64,000 nucleotides of DNA, taken from NCBI GenBank assembly GCA_040268355.1, contig JAWRIT010000020.1, forward strand, positions 470 through 64,469. Reading direction: 5' to 3'. Below are positions 53,998 through 64,000 of the stretch, piece after piece. Under the pieces are notes generated by a model. It did no database searches. It worked only from the letters and a program-made list of their open reading frames with translations, and was not told the origin of the DNA. This stretch comes from Atopobiaceae bacterium (lineage in GTDB: Bacteria; Actinomycetota; Coriobacteriia; Coriobacteriales; Atopobiaceae). Position numbers and translations under genes: made by a program. Numbering within the stretch: the first letter of the stretch is position 1; every line of letters starts with the position of its first letter.

Positions 53998-54142
53998 GGC
54001 TTGGAGCAGAATCATTGGGTCATATATTTACGCATACGAAACAGGCGCCACCGTCCGACGACGATGACGCGACCCCGACCGGCCCCTCACACCCGTGTGC
54101 GACCGGCACCCTGTGATGCCCATCCCCAGCGAAAGAGGTTCC

Positions 54143-55432
54143 ATGTCCAGCGTCGCTCCCATTCCCATCCCCCCCACCATGACCGATCCCGCCTCCCTCG
54201 GCCTTTCCCCCTGCGAAGGCGGCGTCTGCTGCGCGGAAGGCATCAGCGCGGCGGGCGTGCACGCCGGCTTTCGCGATGACGCGTCCCGGCGCGACCTCGC
54301 CCTCGTCGCCGCCGATGAGACCTGCGTCGTCGCGGCGACCTTCACGCAGAACCGCTTCTGCGCGGCACCCGTGCAGGTGTCGCGTCCCCGTGCGGCATCA
54401 GGGCGCGGACGTGCCGTGATCCTCAACTCGGGCAACGCCAACGCCTCCACTGGCGAGCCCGGCGTGCGCGCGGCGGAGGCCACGACGGCCCTGGTGGCCC
54501 AGGCGCTGGGCTGCGCGGAGCAGGAGGTGCTCGTGGCTTCCACGGGCGTCATCGGCACCCCGCTGCCGCTGGCGCCCTTCGAGCGAAGCGTGCCCGCCGC
54601 CGTCTCGGCGCTCGACCACTCCCCCGCCGCCGCGCACGATGCGGCCCGCGCCGTCATGACCACCGACACCGTGCCCAAGGAGGTCTCGCTCGCCGCGACG
54701 CTGCCCCATGACGCCGCCGGGAGGGCACGCACGGTGCACGTGGGAGGTTTCGCCAAGGGCTCGGGCATGATCATGCCGAACATGGCCACGATGCTCTGCG
54801 TGCTCGCCACCGACGCGCCCCTCACGGCCGAGGCCGCCCGTGCGGCGCTGCGATCGGCCGTGGGGACGAGCTTCAACAAGGTGACGGTCGACTCGGACAC
54901 CTCCACCAACGACTCGTGCTTCCTGTTTGCCACCGGCCAGGCGGGCGGCGATCCCATCACGGAGGGCACGGAGGCCTACGAGGTCATCGCCTCGGCCGTG
55001 CGCGCTGCCTGCGAGCAGCTCGCCCGCAAGATCGCCGCCGATGGCGAGGGAGCCACCAAGCTCGTCACGGTCGACGTGGTGGGCGCCGCGACCGATACGG
55101 ACGCCGACACCGTGGCGCGCGCCATCGCCAACTCTCCGCTCGTGAAGACCGCCATCTTCGGCCACGACGCGAACTGGGGCCGCGTGGCGGTCGCCGCCGG
55201 CAAGTGCGGGGTGGCGTTCGACCAATACGACGTGGACATCGACTTTCTGGGCCTGCCCGTGTTGCGCGCAGGGCTGCCGCTGCCCCCCGACGAGGACGAG
55301 ATGCTGCGGCGCTTCGAGCAGGACGAGGTCGCGATCGCCGTCCGGCTCGGCACGGGCACAGGCTGCGCCCGCATCTGGACCTGCGACCTCACGCACGACT
55401 ATGTGGCCATCAACGGCGACTACCGGACCTAG
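54143..55432 (+). CDS. argJ: bifunctional glutamate N-acetyltransferase / amino-acid acetyltransferase
   Basis: Start at ATG 54143 (AAGAGG upstream). GVHAGF, NSGNANA and the autocleavage region PNMATMLCVLATDA. Confidence 0.9.
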   Translation: MSSVAPIPIPPTMTDPASLGLSPCEGGVCCAEGISAAGVHAGFRDDASRRDLALVAADETCVVAATFTQNRFCAAPVQVSRPRAASGRGRAVILNSGNANASTGEPGVRAAEATTALVAQALGCAEQEVLVASTGVIGTPLPLAPFERSVPAAVSALDHSPAAAHDAARAVMTTDTVPKEVSLAATLPHDAAGRARTVHVGGFAKGSGMIMPNMATMLCVLATDAPLTAEAARAALRSAVGTSFNKVTVDSDTSTNDSCFLFATGQAGGDPITEGTEAYEVIASAVRAACEQLARKIAADGEGATKLVTVDVVGAATDTDADTVARAIANSPLVKTAIFGHDANWGRVAVAAGKCGVAFDQYDVDIDFLGLPVLRAGLPLPPDEDEMLRRFEQDEVAIAVRLGTGTGCARIWTCDLTHDYVAINGDYRT

Positions 55433-55521
55433 CGGCGCCTGCGGCGAGCCGGCTTCGCCCAGCCGCAGGCCAAGCGTCCCCACCCCCGCCCACCGCAACG
55501 ATCCCCAGCAGGGAGGACCCC

Positions 55522-56406
55522 ATGAAACGACGCGACGCACGTGAGCGCGAGAAGGCGCTCGACAAAGCGAAGATCCTGACCGAGGCGTTGCCCTGGATCC
55601 ACCGCCACAACGGCGAGACCATCGTCGTCAAGTACGGCGGCGCGGCCATGGAGGACGAGGCGCTCATGGAGCAGGTGGTCGCAGACCTCGAGCTGCTCAA
55701 GCTCATGGGCATGCGCGTCGTGCTCGTCCATGGCGGCGGCAAGGCCATCAACAAGCTGCTCGGCGCCCTCGAGCTGCCCGCCACCTTCAAGGACGGCCTG
55801 CGCGTGACCGATGACGCCACCATGGAGGCCGTGCAGATGGTGCTCGTGGGCAAGGTCAACCAGCAGCTCGTCTGGGCGCTCAACGGCTTCGGCGAGAACG
55901 CCGTGGGCATTTCGGGCGCGGACGGCAAGACCTTCCGGTGCCGCGCGGTCGACCCCGCACTCGGACGCGTGGGTGAGATCGTCTCGGTCAACACGCATCT
56001 CATCGAGGCGGTGCTCGACGACGGCTACGTGCCGGTCATCGCGAGCGTGGGATCGGGCCCCGACGGCTTCTACAACATCAACGCCGACATCGCATCGAGC
56101 GAGGTGGCCCAGGCCCTGCACGCCGACACGCTCGTCTACCTCACCGACGTGGACGGCTTCTACCGCGACTTTGACGATGACGAGAGCCTTATCGCGCGCA
56201 TGACCGCCGCCGAGGCCCACGAGCTGCTCGAGAGCGGTACCCTTACCTCGGGGATGATCCCCAAGATCCGCTCCATCGTGGAGGCGCTCGACGCCGGGGT
56301 GCAGGACGTGCGCATCCTGAACGGGACCTTCCCCCACGCGTTGCTGCTCGAGATCTTCACCGACGCCGGCATCGGCACCATGTTCACCCAGGGAGAGGAG
56401 CGTTAG
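55522..56406 (+). CDS. argB: acetylglutamate kinase
   Basis: Internal ATG 55522 of ORF 54916..56406 (GGGAGGA upstream). IVVKYGGAAM, VLVHGGG, NINADIAS. Confidence 0.9.
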   Translation: MKRRDAREREKALDKAKILTEALPWIHRHNGETIVVKYGGAAMEDEALMEQVVADLELLKLMGMRVVLVHGGGKAINKLLGALELPATFKDGLRVTDDATMEAVQMVLVGKVNQQLVWALNGFGENAVGISGADGKTFRCRAVDPALGRVGEIVSVNTHLIEAVLDDGYVPVIASVGSGPDGFYNINADIASSEVAQALHADTLVYLTDVDGFYRDFDDDESLIARMTAAEAHELLESGTLTSGMIPKIRSIVEALDAGVQDVRILNGTFPHALLLEIFTDAGIGTMFTQGEER

Positions 56407-56408
56407 CC

Positions 56409-57659
56409 ATGACCGAACACGCCACGGACGCCACCTTCGAGGAGTTGCGCGCCCTCGACGACGCCTACGTCATGCACACCTACCCCCGCCTACCCGTCGC
56501 GTTCGTATCGGGCGAGGGGGCGACCCTCACCGACACGGACGGCAAGGTCTACCTCGACTTCCTTGGAGGCATCGGCTGCGCGAGCCTGGGCCATGCCAAC
56601 CAGGTCGTGGCCGAGGCCCTGCGCGAGCAGACAGGGCGCGTCTGGCAGGTGGGCAACTACTTCCACGTCACGCAGCGCGGCGAGCTCGCCCGCGCCCTCT
56701 CCGAGCTGCTCTCGGCCATCACCGACGAGCAGGGCCACGTGCACGGCTCGACGGGGACCTCTTGGAAGACCTTCTTTGCCAACACCGGCGCCGAGGCCAA
56801 CGAGGGCGCGTTCAAGGTCGCCCGTCGCTGGGGCGAGCGGCATCTCGGCGGCGCGTCGGGCATCATCACCGCACGCCAGAGCTTCCACGGCCGCACGCTC
56901 GCGGCGCTCGCGGCCACCGGGCAGGACTCCTTCCAACGAAGCTTCGGGCCGCTGCCCGCAGGCTTCTCGTCGGTACCCTTGAACGACATCGACGCCCTCA
57001 AAGACGCCGTCTCCGAGGGCGGGACCTGTGCCGTCATGCTGGAGTGCGTGCAGGGCGAGGGAGGCGTCTGGCCGGCGGAGCTCGACTACCTGCAAGACGT
57101 GCGCGCCCTCTGCGACGAGCGGGGCCTGGCCCTCATCATCGACGAGGTGCAGACCGGCTTCTTCCGGTGCGGGGCGCCCTTCGCCTACCAGTTGGCGGGC
57201 ATCGAGCCCGACATCGTGAGCATGGCCAAGGGCATCGCCGACGGCTTCCCCATGGGGGCCGTCGCAGCCCGCTCGGAGCTGGCCAACCTCATGGTGCCGG
57301 GCGATCACGGCTCGACCTTCGGCGGCAACGCGCTGGCGGCGGCGGCCGGCCTGGCGACCGTCACCGAGCTCGTCGAGCGGGAGGTGGGCGAGCATGTCAT
57401 CGCCACCGGGGCCCATCTCGCCAACCGGCTCGCAGCGCTGCCCCACGTGCAGGAAGTGCGCGGACGCGGACTCATGCGCGGCGCGCAGTTCGATGTGCCC
57501 ATCGCGGGCGAGCTGGTGCGTCGGGGGCTCGACGCCGGACTCGTGCTGAACCGCATCGGTGACACCATCCTGCGCTTCCTGCCGCCCTTGGTGGTGAGCG
57601 CCGAGCAGATCGACGCCATGGCCGAGCGGCTAGGAGCGCTCATCACCGAGCTCGCGTAG
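56409..57659 (+). CDS. argD: acetylornithine aminotransferase
   Basis: Class III aminotransferase: FANTGAEANEGAFK, IIDEVQTGFFRCG, and the PLP-lysine context SMAKGIADG. Confidence 0.9.
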   Translation: MTEHATDATFEELRALDDAYVMHTYPRLPVAFVSGEGATLTDTDGKVYLDFLGGIGCASLGHANQVVAEALREQTGRVWQVGNYFHVTQRGELARALSELLSAITDEQGHVHGSTGTSWKTFFANTGAEANEGAFKVARRWGERHLGGASGIITARQSFHGRTLAALAATGQDSFQRSFGPLPAGFSSVPLNDIDALKDAVSEGGTCAVMLECVQGEGGVWPAELDYLQDVRALCDERGLALIIDEVQTGFFRCGAPFAYQLAGIEPDIVSMAKGIADGFPMGAVAARSELANLMVPGDHGSTFGGNALAAAAGLATVTELVEREVGEHVIATGAHLANRLAALPHVQEVRGRGLMRGAQFDVPIAGELVRRGLDAGLVLNRIGDTILRFLPPLVVSAEQIDAMAERLGALITELA

Positions 57660-57763
57660 CGCCGCGCGGCGCCTCGACCCAGACGCGCGGGGCGGTCGCC
57701 GGCGGGCACGTTGTGAGATAATGCGGCACTACCTAGACATCCGCAACACCTGGGAGCGCCCCT

Positions 57764-59779
57764 ATGCCCACCTTCGACCGTCCCGCCTTTCCCGCGCGTG
57801 CCGTCATCACCGGCGGCATGCCCTATGGCAATAAGAGCCTGCACTTTGGTCACGTCGGCGGCGTCTTTGTGCCCGCCGACTTCTTTGCGCGCTTCCTGCG
57901 CGACCGCATCGGCGCCGCGAACGTCATCTTCGTCTCGGGCACCGACTGCTACGGCTCGCCCATCATGGAGGGCTTCCGCAAGAAGGTGGAGCAGGAGGGC
58001 TACACGGGCAGCATCACCGACTACGTGCGCGCCAACCACGAGGACCAGCGTCGCTCGCTCGAGCGCTACGGCATCTCCCTCGACCTCTACGGGGGCTCCG
58101 GCCTGGAGCCGGCGGGACCCTTCCATGCGGCCCTCTCCGACGAGCTGATTCGCCGCCTGCACGAGCAGGGCGCCCTGCGCAAGCTCTCAACCAGGCAGTT
58201 CTTTGACGTGGAGGCGGGCCAGTTCCTGAACGGACGGCAGGTCCACGGGCGCTGCCCCGTGCGCGGCTGCAAGAGCGAGAAGGCCTATGCGGACGAGTGC
58301 GACCAGGGGCACCAGTTCGACCCCGAGGAGCTCATCGCTCCCGTCTCACAGCTCACCGGCACCACCCCCGAGCTGCGTCCGGTGCACAACTGGTACTTTG
58401 ACCTGCCCGCCTATCGGGACACGCTCGAGCGGCTCATGGACAAGTGGGACGACGACCCCCAGGTGCGCGAGGTCGTGACCAAGACGGTGCGCGAGTCGCT
58501 CGTCGAGCCGGTCATCTTCGTACAGAACAAGTTCCGCGAGGCCTTCGACGGGCTGGCAGGGCAGCTTCCCTCCCACGAGCTGCGCGAGGCGGAGGGCAAC
58601 CAGCAGTCCTTCTCCGTCGCCTTCGCCGACTGGGAGGCCCGCGACGCGGCGCGATCGGTGCTCGAGGAGGCGGGTGTGCGCTTCCGCACGGGCAAGACGC
58701 TTCTGCCCTTCCGCATCACCGGCAACATCGACTGGGGCGTGCCCGCCCCCGACCTCGAGGACACCCACGACCTCACGGTGTGGTGCTGGCCCGAGAGCCT
58801 GTGGGCGCCGATCTCCTTCGTGCAGACGGTGCTCGATCGCGCCCCCGAGGGGCGCTACAGCTCGGTGGACTGGCGTGACTGGTGGTGTTCCGACGACGCC
58901 CGCGTGTACCAGTTCATTGGCCAGGACAACATCTACTTCTACTGCGTCGCGCAGCCCGCGATGTGGGAGGCGCTGGGATGGGGCCTCATCCAGGACACGC
59001 CCGTCGCCAACTACCACATCCTGTTCATGAACAAGAAGGCGTCAAGCTCGGGCGCGATCGCCCCGCCCATGGCCGAGGAGCTGCTCGAGGCCTACACCGC
59101 CGGGCAGCTACGCTGCCACTGGCTCTCGCTGGGGCTCGACCAGAGGGCCGTGAGCTTCGCTCCCAAGGCCTTCGACACCAGCGTCAGCCACAAGAACAAG
59201 AAGACGGGCGAGGAGGTGCTGGTGCGCGACGACCCGCGCGTGGTCGATCCCGCCCTCAAGGAGAGCGCGTTTCTCACCAACATCTTCAACCGGCTGGCCC
59301 GCAGCTGCTTCTATGGGGCGGCCAAGGCCTGCGCCAGCCACCTGCCTCGCGTGGAGCCGGACGCCGAGGTGGTGGAGGCCTGCCGGGAGGCGACGCTCGC
59401 CTTCGAGCGTGCGGCCCATGGCTTTGACGCGCACGGGGCGCTCGCCGTCGCGGAGCAGTTCTGCCGAGCCGCCAACAAGCGCTGGGGAGACGAGTCGAAG
59501 GCCGCCAAGGGCGACGACGCGGCCACCGAGCACGCCCTGGCCAACGCCTTCGCCGCCCTCAGGACGGTAACGCTGCTCATGCACCCGGCGGTGCCCGAGG
59601 GCTGCGAGCTTATCGCCGAGCGTCTGGGCTTTGACGCGGACACCTTCTTCTCGTGGAACCACGCCTTCGAGGGCGTGGGCGAGCTGGCGGCGCTCGCCGG
59701 GCAGACGCCCGCCGAGCATGCCATCGCGGAGCTGCCCCCGCGCTTCGACTTCTTCGAGAAGCACCCCAGCCAGCGCTAG
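57764..59779 (+). CDS. methionyl-tRNA-synthetase-like class I aminoacyl-tRNA ligase
   Basis: HIGH motif as LHFGH, a zinc-knuckle region CPVRGCKSEKAYADECDQGH, and NKKASSSG where KMSKS is expected. Confidence 0.7.
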   Translation: MPTFDRPAFPARAVITGGMPYGNKSLHFGHVGGVFVPADFFARFLRDRIGAANVIFVSGTDCYGSPIMEGFRKKVEQEGYTGSITDYVRANHEDQRRSLERYGISLDLYGGSGLEPAGPFHAALSDELIRRLHEQGALRKLSTRQFFDVEAGQFLNGRQVHGRCPVRGCKSEKAYADECDQGHQFDPEELIAPVSQLTGTTPELRPVHNWYFDLPAYRDTLERLMDKWDDDPQVREVVTKTVRESLVEPVIFVQNKFREAFDGLAGQLPSHELREAEGNQQSFSVAFADWEARDAARSVLEEAGVRFRTGKTLLPFRITGNIDWGVPAPDLEDTHDLTVWCWPESLWAPISFVQTVLDRAPEGRYSSVDWRDWWCSDDARVYQFIGQDNIYFYCVAQPAMWEALGWGLIQDTPVANYHILFMNKKASSSGAIAPPMAEELLEAYTAGQLRCHWLSLGLDQRAVSFAPKAFDTSVSHKNKKTGEEVLVRDDPRVVDPALKESAFLTNIFNRLARSCFYGAAKACASHLPRVEPDAEVVEACREATLAFERAAHGFDAHGALAVAEQFCRAANKRWGDESKAAKGDDAATEHALANAFAALRTVTLLMHPAVPEGCELIAERLGFDADTFFSWNHAFEGVGELAALAGQTPAEHAIAELPPRFDFFEKHPSQR

Positions 59780-59795
59780 GGTCGAGGAGCCCGTC

Positions 59796-60704
59796 ATGGA
59801 ACCATCTTGCAACCGTGCCGCCGCAGGCGCCGCCCCAGAGGGCCTATCCACACCGCCCGCGCCGCCTGCGCCGCACTTTCCCAGCCCGTACGCACCGCCG
59901 AGCCAGGCACCCACGCAGTGCCGGATGGTCACGATGGCCGATGGCGTGGGCGTTGCCACCTTCGTCTACGGCGACGCGCGGTCCCCGCTGGCCCCCGTGC
60001 TCATGCTGCACGGCAATGGCGAGGAGCACCGCATCTTTGGCCCCATCGTCGATGCCGTGGTCGAGAGCGGCCGCCCCGTGGTGGCCATCGACACGCGCGG
60101 CCAGGGGAAGAGCGAGTGGGGCGAGGCGACCCTCAGCTACGAGCTGTTTGCCAGCGATGCCCTCGCCGTGCTCGACGCCTACGAGATTCCCGCAGCGCAC
60201 GTGCTCGGCTTCTCGGACGGCGGGATCGAGGCGCTGCTTATGGCGCGCGACCATCCGGACCGCGTGGCGAGCCTCACGGTCCTGGGAGCCAACCTCACGC
60301 CCGAGGGCGTGATCGAGGACGACGAGTGGGACATCGCGGGCGCCGTCGCGGCCAACCGAGCCTGGGCCTCCTTCTGGGAAGAGTCCACCTCGCCTGTGAG
60401 GGCCGAGCTGCTCTCCCCCACCCCCACCGAGGCCGCCCGGACGGCCGACCTGCTGGACCTCATGCTGCGCGAGCCGCACATCCCGGCCGAGAGCCTCTCT
60501 GCCATCAGCTGCCCCACCACCATCATGGTGGGCGAGTTCGACTGCATCGACGCGGCGCAGACCGAGGCCATCTGTGCGGCCATCGCCGGCTCGCGCCTGG
60601 TCGTCGTGGACGAGATCGGCCACAACCTGCCCAAGCAGGCGCCCGACGCGGTGAGCTCCGAGCTGCTTGCCACCATCGCGGCATCCCATCAGAAGTCCGA
60701 CTGA
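59796..60704 (+). CDS. alpha/beta hydrolase
   Basis: Start at ATG 59796 (GAGGAG upstream). VLMLHGNGEEH and the nucleophile elbow LGFSDGG. Confidence 0.8.
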   Translation: MEPSCNRAAAGAAPEGLSTPPAPPAPHFPSPYAPPSQAPTQCRMVTMADGVGVATFVYGDARSPLAPVLMLHGNGEEHRIFGPIVDAVVESGRPVVAIDTRGQGKSEWGEATLSYELFASDALAVLDAYEIPAAHVLGFSDGGIEALLMARDHPDRVASLTVLGANLTPEGVIEDDEWDIAGAVAANRAWASFWEESTSPVRAELLSPTPTEAARTADLLDLMLREPHIPAESLSAISCPTTIMVGEFDCIDAAQTEAICAAIAGSRLVVVDEIGHNLPKQAPDAVSSELLATIAASHQKSD

Positions 60705-60738
60705 GCAAGCGAGCGTCCCTGCCGAAAGGAGGTGGCCC

Positions 60739-61314
60739 ATGCCGCGCCGCCCGATACGTGTGCGCATGTCAGAGATAGGCGCCCGCCGAAAGGGCAGGCG
60801 CCGTGCGCCCGACACGCCGCCGAAAGGTGGCCTGCCGCGTTTTCTGCGCTTCGCGGGAGCCTCGGTGAGCTGCACGTTTCTCGACCAGCTGCTCGCGGGG
60901 GTGCTCTTCTCGGTGCTCAGGACGCCGCTTCACGGGGCTGGGTTCCTGCGCATCACGGTGGCAAACGTGCTGGCACGCTGCGTGTCGCTCTCGCTCAACT
61001 ACGCCCTCAACCACCGCCTGGTCTTCACGCTCGACATGGACGACCACGACGACCCCCAGTGGCGACGCAGCGCCCGACGCGAGAGCCTGCCGCGCTTCCT
61101 CGCGCTTTCGGCGTTCGTCCTGGCTTGCTCGACGACAGGCGTCTACGTGGCCCACACCTTCTTCGGGGCGGTCGAATGGAAGGCGAAGCTCCTCATCGAC
61201 CTGGCCCTGTTCTTCCTCAACTACAACGTGCAGCGCACCTGGGTGTTCCGCGACGAGGTCACCGTGAGCCCGCCCCGCACGAAAAGGACGCCGCGCGAGC
61301 GAGCCGGAAGCTAG
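60739..61314 (+). CDS. GtrA family membrane protein
   Basis: Start at ATG 60739 (AAAGGAGGTGG upstream). FLRFAGASVSCTFLDQLL...SLNYALNHRLVF...FFLNYNVQRTWVF. Confidence 0.8.
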   Translation: MPRRPIRVRMSEIGARRKGRRRAPDTPPKGGLPRFLRFAGASVSCTFLDQLLAGVLFSVLRTPLHGAGFLRITVANVLARCVSLSLNYALNHRLVFTLDMDDHDDPQWRRSARRESLPRFLALSAFVLACSTTGVYVAHTFFGAVEWKAKLLIDLALFFLNYNVQRTWVFRDEVTVSPPRTKRTPRERAGS

Positions 61315-61394
61315 GGGGTGATCGCCGGCGCCACCACAGGGATGCGGCACGGACGCTGGCGCATGGCACGACGGCCATCCTGCGCCGACCGCCC

Positions 61395-62789
61395 TCAGCC
61401 CGAAAAGCTCACCGTCACGGTCGTCCCCTCGCCCAGCTCGCTCTCCAGCGAGACCGTGGCCCCGTGCAGCGTCGCGGCGTGCTTGACGATGGCCAGCCCC
61501 AGGCCCGTGCCACCGCTCTCACGCGAGCGCGACGCCTCCACCCGGAAGAAGCGCTCGAACACCTTGGCCTGCGCCTCCTGAGGGATGCCGATGCCGGTGT
61601 CTGTGACCTCGAGCGTCGGGCGGCCGTCACGCATCCCGACCCAGATGCGCACCGAGCCGCCCGGCCGATTGTAGCGGACGGCGTTGCTGCAGAGGTTCCC
61701 GACCAGCTCGTCGAGCATGTGCGGAAAGCCGCTCACCACCGTCGAGGTTCCCTCGACCGTGATGGTCACCTCAAGGTGGTCGGCCCGACCCGAGAGGCGC
61801 TCGCGCACGTCGCGCGCCAGCACGAGCAGGTCCACGGGCTCGACCGCCCCAAAGGTCTCCTGGCTGCGGAAGCGTTCCGACTCGTCGAGCCGCGAGAGGG
61901 TCAGGATGTCGTTGACGAGCGCGGCCAGGCGCTGGGCCTCGTCGTTGATGCGCGCCGCAAAGCCAGGGATGTCCTCGTCGAGCACGAACCCGTCACGCAG
62001 CAGCTCCGAGGCCCCCATGATGGAGGAGATGGGCGTCTTGAGCTCGTGAGTGACGTTGGCCGTGAACTCCCGGCGCGCCGCGTCGGCGTTGCGCAGCTCC
62101 TCCATCTGCTCCACGAGCGCGCGCTGCTGCTCGTCGAGCCGATCGGTCAAGGGGCGCAGCTCCTCGTAGGGCGTGCGCTGCGCCAGGCTGGCGTCGTCGA
62201 TCCCAATGATCGGGCTCACGAGCCACGACGCAAGAAAGCGCGAGGCGGCATAGGAGACGACGACCAGCACGGCGAGCAGGGTCGCCAGAATGCCCAGGTC
62301 ATCCATCAGGATCGCCGAGATGCCCGCACGGTCGACCGTGAGGCGGATGGCATTGCCCGAGGCGAGCACGCGCGTCTGGGAGAGGCTCATGTTGCCGGGC
62401 GCGTCTGCCGCCCGAACGGGAGAACCGTCCCCCTCGACCGAAGCGCCTCCCTCCCCTGAGTCCGCCACGTGACCGTCGGCTTTGCCGGTATCGGCCTCGC
62501 TGTCAAAGAGCACCTCACCGAGCGGGCTCACCAGGGTCGCCCGCACCTCTCCAAGGTCGATCGAGGCGAGCTCCGCGACCTCGTCGGCCGCCCCATCGAG
62601 CGCCGAGGCCACCATGTCGCACTCGTTGTCCAGCTCCACCCGGGCCGCGTTCATGATGACCCGCTGGTGGAGCAGCGCCGACGCCACCGTGGCGACGGCG
62701 GCCGAGCCCACCGAGATGGCGAGCAGCGTCGCGAAGATCCTGGTGGCCAGGCTCGCCATGCCGTGCCGAGTGCCGCGCCAAGGCCTCAT
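61395..62789 (-). CDS. sensor histidine kinase
   Basis: H-box FTANVTHELKTPISSI, N-box NAVRYNRPGG, G-boxes DTGIGI and GGTGLGLAIV. Two N-terminal TM helices. Confidence 0.9.
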   Translation of the reverse strand: MRPWRGTRHGMASLATRIFATLLAISVGSAAVATVASALLHQRVIMNAARVELDNECDMVASALDGAADEVAELASIDLGEVRATLVSPLGEVLFDSEADTGKADGHVADSGEGGASVEGDGSPVRAADAPGNMSLSQTRVLASGNAIRLTVDRAGISAILMDDLGILATLLAVLVVVSYAASRFLASWLVSPIIGIDDASLAQRTPYEELRPLTDRLDEQQRALVEQMEELRNADAARREFTANVTHELKTPISSIMGASELLRDGFVLDEDIPGFAARINDEAQRLAALVNDILTLSRLDESERFRSQETFGAVEPVDLLVLARDVRERLSGRADHLEVTITVEGTSTVVSGFPHMLDELVGNLCSNAVRYNRPGGSVRIWVGMRDGRPTLEVTDTGIGIPQEAQAKVFERFFRVEASRSRESGGTGLGLAIVKHAATLHGATVSLESELGEGTTVTVSFSG

Positions 62790-62792
62790 GCG

Positions 62793-63467
62793 CTAGTCCT
62801 TCAGGCGGTAGCCGACCCCGCGCACCGTCTGGATCAGGTCCGCATGGTCGGCGAACTTGGAGCGGATGGTCTGCACGTGCACGTCGACGGTGCGTGAGCC
62901 GCCATCGAAGTCCCATCCCCACACGCGCCGCAGCAGCGCCTCGCGGGAGAACACCTCGCCAGGGGAGCGCATCAGGAAGGCGAGCAGGTCGAACTCGCGC
63001 ATGGTGAGCGAGAGGGGCTCGCCGTCGAGGGTGGCCATGCGCCGGGAGGGCCACAGCTCGACCGGACCGACCGCAAGGCTCGCCGGCTGCTCCGCCGCCG
63101 TGCGCAGGGAGCGCCTGAGCAGCGCGCGCACGCGGCTCACCAGCTCCATCATGCCGAAGGGCTTGGCGAGGTAGTCGTCGGCGCCCCCGTCGAGCGCCCG
63201 GACGGTGTCGAGCTCGGTGTCCTTCGCTGTGAGCATCATCACGGGGACGTCGCGCAAGTCGCGGGTGCTGCGCATGCGTGCCAGGATCGCCAGTCCGTCG
63301 ATGTCGGGCAACATGATGTCGAGCAGGACCGCGTCGGGCGCGCGCTCGGCGCACGCCTGCCGAAACTCCGCGTCGTCGGCACAACCGCGGGCGTCGATGC
63401 CCGCCTGGGTGAGCGCGTAGACCGTCAGCTCGCGTATGTTGGTGTCATCCTCAACGTAGTAGACCAT
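62793..63467 (-). CDS. OmpR-family response regulator
   Basis: Internal ATG 63467 of ORF 62793..63866. VLLDIMLPDIDG, MMLTAKD, and the C-terminal wHTH TVDVHVQTIRSKF...VRGVGYRL. Confidence 0.9.
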   Translation of the reverse strand: MVYYVEDDTNIRELTVYALTQAGIDARGCADDAEFRQACAERAPDAVLLDIMLPDIDGLAILARMRSTRDLRDVPVMMLTAKDTELDTVRALDGGADDYLAKPFGMMELVSRVRALLRRSLRTAAEQPASLAVGPVELWPSRRMATLDGEPLSLTMREFDLLAFLMRSPGEVFSREALLRRVWGWDFDGGSRTVDVHVQTIRSKFADHADLIQTVRGVGYRLKD

Positions 63468-63752
63468 GCGACCCCCTTCGTGCCCCCATTGTAGCGCGGC
63501 GCCACCGACGCGACCCACCACCCGGCCGCGGTGCCCCCAAAGCGGGATTCCCTCGGTACCATGGAAGTATCTCTCGGTACCTTGACTTCTGGGGCGCATC
63601 ACGTATCGTAGAAGGCGGACACACGAGGCTCGCCCCCGCGTGGCCAGCGCGGACGCCCTTCGTGGACGGACCCGTTCACCACCATTTTCATCGCTCCGAC
63701 GGCCCTCCCGCGCATCTGCCTGCGGCGGCCTGCAAGAAAGAAGGGAATCGCG

Positions 63753-64000
63753 ATGCCAGACGCCACCGGCCAGCAGCCACCCCTTCCCCGCCGCGTGCTG
63801 CGGCTGTTCGGCTTCTTCGGCCACTACCTCCACATGCACTGGGGCGGCAGAAGCGGGCAGCAGCACGTCCTCGTCAAGCTCCGCATGAGCGGCGCACGCA
63901 TGACCCAGCGCGACCTGCAGGAGTCCGCCGGCATCTCCTCGGCGTCGATCTCCGAGGTGCTCGCCAAGCTCGAGTGCGCGGGACTCATCGAACGGACGAG
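63753..64000 (+). CDS. MarR-family transcriptional regulator (3' end outside window)
   Basis: Hand translation from ATG 63753 (GAAAGAAGGGA upstream): ...MTQRDLQESAGISSASISEVLAKLECAGLIERT, a MarR-type wHTH. The frame runs off the window. Confidence 0.6.
   Translation, partial: MPDATGQQPPLPRRVLRLFGFFGHYLHMHWGGRSGQQHVLVKLRMSGARMTQRDLQESAGISSASISEVLAKLECAGLIERT

Noticed and set aside
60732-62459. 575-aa plus-strand ORF spanning gtrA and the histidine kinase
   Set aside because: Arg/Pro/Ala-rich translation. It overlaps two genes with clear family signatures in other frames or strands.
1-64000. Search for CRISPR arrays, tRNA/rRNA genes, integrases and long direct repeats
   Set aside because: I saw no regularly spaced repeats, no T-loop/acceptor-like tRNA signatures, no rRNA-like sequence and no tyrosine or serine recombinase motifs. 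This was a by-eye scan only, so small features could have been missed.

Overview
64-kb segment of a high-GC Gram-positive chromosome (Actinomycetota-type; Coriobacteriia-like is only a guess). Housekeeping genes sit at both ends. On the left: 3-hydroxyacyl-CoA dehydrogenase, yaaA-bcp and a GDPD phosphodiesterase. On the right: a guaA-like gene, argC and argJBD, a MetRS-like ligase and a two-component system. The middle is a mosaic of accessory genes. It holds many regulator-plus-cargo pairs (PadR, 2x TetR, 2x XRE, AraC), a Fic protein, a decayed AbiEi/AbiEii pair, a TetR-linked cluster of three divergent SIR2-like paralogues, and an MptD-type ECF transporter operon fused to ABC exporters. From about 29.8 to 51.7 kb there is a lower-GC island with YoeB/RelB and HigB/HigA toxin-antitoxin pairs and a heavily decayed prophage head module. 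Between the portal and scaffold remnants lies a largely intact, tightly packed ~10-kb operon (33618-43620). It encodes an RHH protein, an NPPY-less methyltransferase-like protein, an N6-adenine methyltransferase, a GIY-YIG(T5orf172)-SF2 helicase and a 1464-aa Mrr-like nuclease-NACHT (STAND) protein. This operon is my best candidate for an undescribed composite defence system. The SIR2 triplet is second. I saw no rRNA, tRNA or CRISPR array. All calls come from reading the translated ORFs and motifs by eye. No searches were run, family names rest on remembered motif signatures, and start codons were chosen by eye from Shine-Dalgarno-like sequences.
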